This document shows, one piece after another, positions 19,332-24,000 of a stretch of 24,000 nucleotides of DNA. The position numbers and the translations under genes are program-made. Under the pieces are notes generated by a model that saw only the letters and a list, made by a program, of their open reading frames with translations, did not search any database and was not told the origin of the DNA. The DNA is taken from NCBI GenBank assembly GCA_025961275.1, contig JAOQNJ010000001.1, forward strand, positions 59,353 to 83,352. Direction: 5' to 3'. The stretch comes from Providencia alcalifaciens (lineage in GTDB: Bacteria > Pseudomonadota > Gammaproteobacteria > Enterobacterales > Enterobacteriaceae). The stretch's first letter is position 1, and each line of letters opens with the position of its first letter.

Positions 19332-21917
19332 ATGAAAACCGTACATTTAATTCAACACACTCACTGGGATCGGGAATGGTATTTCACTGAAAATGATTCT
19401 AAAGTTATTCTTTATTATTTTATGAATGATTTAATGAATCATTTGGAAGAAGACCCGTCTCTAGGTCCTTTTATTCTTGATGGACAAACGGTGGTGTTGG
19501 AAGATTATTTACAAATTGCACCAGAGCAGCGTGAACGTTTACAACAATTAATTAAACAAGGCCGAATTCTTATTGGGCCTTGGTATACCCAAACAGATTT
19601 TTTAGTTGTCGGTGCCGAGTCTATTGTTCGTAATTTACTTTTAGGACGAGCAGATTGTGAAGCTTGGGGTAGCTATATGCCTGTTGGTTATGTGCCTGAC
19701 TCATTCGGGCAAAGTGCTCAGCTTCCTCTATTTTTAAATGAATTTGGTATTAAGCATGCCGTGGTGTGGCGTGGGTGGTGCGAACATGATGTAGCAAATA
19801 GTGAATTTATCTGGAAATCCCACTCAGGACATCATGTCACGGCAGCAGTGTTGCCTTGGGGATATGGTTGCGCCAAATGGTTGCCAGATAATACAGAGAA
19901 AGCACTAACCGTACTCCCGACGATCCTTGAAAAACAAGCTCGTTTTGCGCATTCAGACCAAGTTTTATTGCCGAACGGTAATGACCAATCGCCATTTGAA
20001 TACACGGTTCCTGCAATGTTAGAGCGCTTGAATACCGAGCAAAAAGAGTATTATTTTGTAAAAAGTAGCTTCAGTACCTTTTTCGAGGCTTTACAAGCGA
20101 AAAGCCAACAACTTACTGAATTTAGTGGTGAACTACTTAGCCCTAAATATATGCGTGTCCATCGTGGAATTTTCTCCACTCGCATGGATATAAAATTACT
20201 CAATGCTCAGCTTGAACAATTTGTGAGCCAGCAACTCGAACCATTATTATCGATCAATTGGCGATTAGGACTGCCTTATCCACACACTGCAGTGGAAAAT
20301 ATCTGGCGTGAAGCGATGCAATCCCATGCACATGACAGTATTGGTGGATGTAATTCAGATAGAGTCAACAGTATGGTTAAAGCGCGATTAAAAGATGGAT
20401 TAGAAAGTGCAAACCAATTGTATGATCTCAATATGAAAATGTTAGCGAGAGGGGTTGAAGCAACGCAGGAAGGTAAGAAAATAATTGTATTCAACTCACT
20501 CCCTCATAAACGTGACGCACAGGTTCGTATTACCTTATATACGCCAGAGACTGATTTTTGTATCAAGGATCACAATGGTAAAGCCTGTCGTTGGCAGTTA
20601 ATCCAAGAACAACCTCAAGATATGTCATTGATTGTTCAAGAACTAGCGAATAGTACAACAACAACGTGGTATCGCAAATGTGAAGTATTACTTGAAGTAA
20701 CGGATTTACCTTCTTGTGGTTATCGCACGCTTTACCTTCAAGAAGGACAAGCTGCGGGCTTTGAATTTGAACCTCAAATGCAAGAACAAAATGCATTAGA
20801 AAATGAATGGCTACGGCTTGAAATCAATCAAGGCGAATTAACATTAATTGATAAACGTAGTCAGCAACGTTATCCGCATGTTTTACGTTTAGTCGATGGT
20901 GGAGATTTTGGAGATAATTACAACTATTCCCCACCAGAAGAAGATTGGTTGATTAGTAGTGATGGACACTTACAGCAATTTGAATGTGTGAGAGCGCCAT
21001 TAATGGATAGTTTTATTTTGAATTGGAAAATGCCAGTTCCACAAAATGCACAAGCTCGCCAAGCACATCAATTAAACGCTGTTTTAGAAACGACCATGAA
21101 GGTTTCTTTACCTCATGATAACGCATGGTTAGATATTGAAGTTACGGTCAATAATACGATTCAAGATCACCGTTTACAGGTTGAGATACCAACCGAAATT
21201 CTACAAGAATTCCATTTTGCTGATCAACCATTTGGTTTAATTCAGAGAGAAAATCAGCCAGCAGCACTTGAGCTTTGGCAAAATGAAAACTGGTCCGAGG
21301 CTCCAACGGCTTTGTACCCAATGCAAAGTCTCGTTATGCAACATAATGATCATCAAGGAATATGTGTCGTTACAGAAGGTTTACGTGAATATGAAATTCC
21401 AGCATCTCGTACTGATGTGATTGGATTGACCTTATTCCGAAGTGTTGGTTGGTTAGGTCAAGCAAACCTAACTTGGCGTCCAGGGCGGGCCTCTGGCATG
21501 GTTTTACCTTCACCGGATTCACAAATTCAGGGTATTCATCATTTTCATTTTGCTGTGTTACCAATGCATCAAGGCCAAGATACCGATTTCTGGCGAAATG
21601 TGGAACATTGGCGCTTACCCGCGTTCGGTTATTTAGATTCAGGTTGGTCACAATTTAAAATGAATCCACATTATATTGTTTTTCCTGAAAATTATAGTCT
21701 TTTGACTTGGGATTGTAACTTGCATTTCAGTACGCTAAAAAAAGCGCAAAACGAGGATGCATTAGTGTTACGTAGCTGGAATCCTAGTTTCGAACCAATA
21801 ACGTACGAGTCGCCTAAGTCAAATACCAAGATCCAACAAGTTACTTTAGCTGAATCTGCGTGTACCAATACGGATAGTGCAGCGCCTTGTGCGCCAGTGT
21901 CTTGGTTAATTAGTTAA
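19332..21917 (+). CDS. GH38 alpha-mannosidase, MngB-like, cytoplasmic (no signal peptide)
   Basis: 861 aa. LIQHTHWDREWYFT, GYVPDSFGQSAQLPLFLNEFGI (nucleophile-Asp region), WREAMQSHAHDSIGGCNSD are GH38 hallmarks. Confidence 0.93.
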   Translation: MKTVHLIQHTHWDREWYFTENDSKVILYYFMNDLMNHLEEDPSLGPFILDGQTVVLEDYLQIAPEQRERLQQLIKQGRILIGPWYTQTDFLVVGAESIVRNLLLGRADCEAWGSYMPVGYVPDSFGQSAQLPLFLNEFGIKHAVVWRGWCEHDVANSEFIWKSHSGHHVTAAVLPWGYGCAKWLPDNTEKALTVLPTILEKQARFAHSDQVLLPNGNDQSPFEYTVPAMLERLNTEQKEYYFVKSSFSTFFEALQAKSQQLTEFSGELLSPKYMRVHRGIFSTRMDIKLLNAQLEQFVSQQLEPLLSINWRLGLPYPHTAVENIWREAMQSHAHDSIGGCNSDRVNSMVKARLKDGLESANQLYDLNMKMLARGVEATQEGKKIIVFNSLPHKRDAQVRITLYTPETDFCIKDHNGKACRWQLIQEQPQDMSLIVQELANSTTTTWYRKCEVLLEVTDLPSCGYRTLYLQEGQAAGFEFEPQMQEQNALENEWLRLEINQGELTLIDKRSQQRYPHVLRLVDGGDFGDNYNYSPPEEDWLISSDGHLQQFECVRAPLMDSFILNWKMPVPQNAQARQAHQLNAVLETTMKVSLPHDNAWLDIEVTVNNTIQDHRLQVEIPTEILQEFHFADQPFGLIQRENQPAALELWQNENWSEAPTALYPMQSLVMQHNDHQGICVVTEGLREYEIPASRTDVIGLTLFRSVGWLGQANLTWRPGRASGMVLPSPDSQIQGIHHFHFAVLPMHQGQDTDFWRNVEHWRLPAFGYLDSGWSQFKMNPHYIVFPENYSLLTWDCNLHFSTLKKAQNEDALVLRSWNPSFEPITYESPKSNTKIQQVTLAESACTNTDSAAPCAPVSWLIS

Positions 21918-21935
21918 TTATTAAAGGTATCATTT

Positions 21936-23486
21936 ATGCAAACATTTTTTTTTCGTTGCGAACTTTCGAATGGTATCCATGCTAGGCCTGCCAATGCATT
22001 GGAGCAACAAACAGCGAATTTTCAATCAGAGATAACGCTATTCAATAAGAGTAAATCTCGTCAGGCAAATGCTAAAAGTGTTTTGGCATTAGTCGGAGCA
22101 GATGTCACCATGGGTGATGAATGCTATTTTCAAATTCAAGGAATTGATGAAAATATTGCTTATGAAAAGCTCAAATCATTTATTGAACAAGAGTTTATGC
22201 ATTGTGATGCTCCAATTGTTCATGAAGAGTCTACAGAGCAACAAGCACTGCCTGTTTTTATCAGTCGCACAACATCCTCTATTTTGCGTGGAAATGGTGT
22301 TAGCAAAGGGCTAGCAAAGGGTAAAATTGTTTTTATTCATTCGCCAGATTTGCAAAATTTGGCCCAAGAAGAATCTGATAGTTCATTAGCTCAGCAATCC
22401 GAAGCACTCAAAAATGCATTGCAAATTGCACGTGAAAAACTTCGCTTTGATATTCAACATGCTGAGGGCGAAATTGCCAATATATTAGAGGCACAAAGTC
22501 AGTTACTTGATGATGAAGATGTTGAAGCGTGTTTACTTGAGCAAAATCAGGCACGCAATGAGATAGACGCATTGGCAATGGCAATTGAAGAATTAAGCCT
22601 GCCATTCCGTGAAAGTAGCAGCGAATATTTACGCCAACGTGAGTTGGATATTAAAGATTTAGGATTGCGGATTGCCATCAATCTTAATATTAAGTCCAAG
22701 ATTCAATTACCTGAATTAAAACAAGATTCTATTATTGTATGCCATGGGTTGTTAACACCGGGACAGTTACTGACATTACAAAGTCCTTATTTGCAAGGTG
22801 TGGTAATGGCTCAAGGTGCGGAAACATCACATACTGTTATTATAGCTCGCGCTAATTCTATTCCACTTATGTGTGTGAGTAATGATGCAATTGAAGCATT
22901 AAAAAATGCACACTCTTTACTACTGGATTCACGCTATGACGCGTTAGTTGTTGAGCCAGATATTCGTGCAGAGGATTGGTTTACGTTTGAAAACGACAAA
23001 TTATCTCGCTTATCGTTATTCAATGAGCAAACTGACTCTGACATGCCTGTGTTAACACCACACTTAGTCTTGCTTGATAAGGTGATAACTAGCAAAGATG
23101 AAGTGATCAAGATACTGACTGATAACTTAGAGATCAAGGGTCGTACTGATTCAGGCTCTCAGGTTGAATTTGCTATTTGGCAGCGCGAACAAATTTTCAG
23201 TACTGCTTTAGGATTTTCAATTGCTATTCCACATTGTAAATCGTTGGCTGTTAAGCACAGCAGTATTTCCGTATTGAGATTGTCTGAAGAATTAGCTTGG
23301 GGAGATAATGTTGATGTTAAATTAATCATTATGTTGACGATTAATGAAAATGAAGAAAATCAACATATGCGAATTTTTTCTGTACTCGCACGAAAATTAA
23401 TGCATGAATCGTTCCGTGATCAAATAATGACTGCTAAACACCCAAGTGAGGTCGTTGCTTTATTAGAGAAGGAATTGGCATTATAA
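21936..23486 (+). CDS. Multiphosphoryl transfer protein: HPr domain, N-terminal Enzyme I domain, EIIA-Fru domain; lacks Enzyme I PEP-binding C-terminal domain
   Basis: 516 aa. HPr site NGIHARPANALEQQT. EI-N region ILRGNGVSKGLAKGKI...GVVMAQGAETSHTVIIARANSIPLM. EIIA-2 site FSIAIPHCKS. EI-N runs directly into EIIA with no EI C-domain motifs (e.g. GIGLYRTEFL) between them. Confidence 0.9.
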   Translation: MQTFFFRCELSNGIHARPANALEQQTANFQSEITLFNKSKSRQANAKSVLALVGADVTMGDECYFQIQGIDENIAYEKLKSFIEQEFMHCDAPIVHEESTEQQALPVFISRTTSSILRGNGVSKGLAKGKIVFIHSPDLQNLAQEESDSSLAQQSEALKNALQIAREKLRFDIQHAEGEIANILEAQSQLLDDEDVEACLLEQNQARNEIDALAMAIEELSLPFRESSSEYLRQRELDIKDLGLRIAINLNIKSKIQLPELKQDSIIVCHGLLTPGQLLTLQSPYLQGVVMAQGAETSHTVIIARANSIPLMCVSNDAIEALKNAHSLLLDSRYDALVVEPDIRAEDWFTFENDKLSRLSLFNEQTDSDMPVLTPHLVLLDKVITSKDEVIKILTDNLEIKGRTDSGSQVEFAIWQREQIFSTALGFSIAIPHCKSLAVKHSSISVLRLSEELAWGDNVDVKLIIMLTINENEENQHMRIFSVLARKLMHESFRDQIMTAKHPSEVVALLEKELAL

Positions 23487-23772
23487 CAAATTAAAGTAAC
23501 ATTCATTTAAAATAAATATTAAGTATTGTTAAAAAAGTTTTTAATTTAAAAACGAAATAACAATCAATAATGTTGAGATAACTCATAATTCTTTTTAATT
23601 TTACAGTTAAAAGAATAGGGATGGCTTTGCCAAAAAATAGGTTTAGCCATCTATCAATAAATAAAAATACAGGAGGAGGTTTAATTTAATTAGCTAACCA
23701 CAGTTCAAGTATACAGAAATAAATATCATTATTAAAAACTACAAAATATAATTTTAGTATAGGAACAAATTG

Positions 23773-24000
23773 ATGAAACATTTAACTCTTGGTATCTCTA
23801 CACTGCTGATTTGCTCTGCTGCTAACGCAACTTATATTGATTATCGTCACGAATGGTTAGGTGATGAGCATCGTCATGAAGACCGCATTAAAATTGGTCA
23901 TAGCATGCAAAATGGCACCTATTTTAGCCTTGAAGGTAAGTGGAGAAGCAAAGATGGTGGCTTCATAGAAAATTTATCCTCAAAAGGTAATGAAGTCGAG
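23773..24000 (+). CDS. KdgM-family oligogalacturonate-type outer-membrane porin, N-terminal fragment (truncated by window)
   Basis: Manual translation MKHLTLGISTLLICSAANATYIDYRHEWLGDEHRHEDRIKIGHSMQNGTYFSLEGKWRSKDG: signal peptide followed by the KdgM-type YIDYRHE...HxDRIKIGH...F..EGKW pattern. Open to the window edge. Confidence 0.8.
   Translation, partial: MKHLTLGISTLLICSAANATYIDYRHEWLGDEHRHEDRIKIGHSMQNGTYFSLEGKWRSKDGGFIENLSSKGNEVE

Noticed and set aside
17859-20796. Antisense ORFs 17859-18089, 17968-18315, 18385-18774, 18802-18993, 20276-20494 and 20563-20796
   Set aside because: Complementary to the well-supported IIB, IIC and mannosidase genes. No motif support.
1-24000. CRISPR arrays, tRNA/rRNA genes, transposases or phage genes
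   Set aside because: No regularly spaced repeats, tRNA-like cloverleaf, transposase/integrase ORFs or terminal inverted repeats were evident by eye. A tool scan would be needed to exclude small ncRNAs.

Overview
This AT-rich enterobacterial window looks Proteeae/Providencia-like from protein similarity in memory (inference). The left half holds a stand-alone fliZ-like gene, putA and putP in divergent orientation around a control region with GTTGCA-type PutA boxes, and a cycA-like permease convergent with putP across a strong bidirectional terminator. The right half is a carbohydrate/PTS region on the + strand. The first part is a complete operon in the order sgcX-sgcB-sgcC-sgcQ-sgcA-sgcE-sgcR: M42 peptidase, galactitol-type PTS IIB/IIC/IIA, BtpA-family protein, RPE-like epimerase and DeoR-type regulator. 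Its physiological substrate is, to my knowledge, undefined. The second part is a gene cluster with an uncharacterised 149-aa ORF, Fru-type PTS IIB and IIC, a GH38 alpha-mannosidase (MngB-like), and a 516-aa HPr / N-terminal Enzyme I / EIIA-Fru fusion that lacks the PEP-binding C-terminal half of Enzyme I. The start of a KdgM-family porin lies at the right edge. The most interesting candidate is this second cluster: a split mannoside PTS with a PEP-blind (DhaM-like) multiphosphoryl protein, a GH38 enzyme and an outer-membrane porin, preceded by a leader whose Shine-Dalgarno sequence can be folded into a stem.
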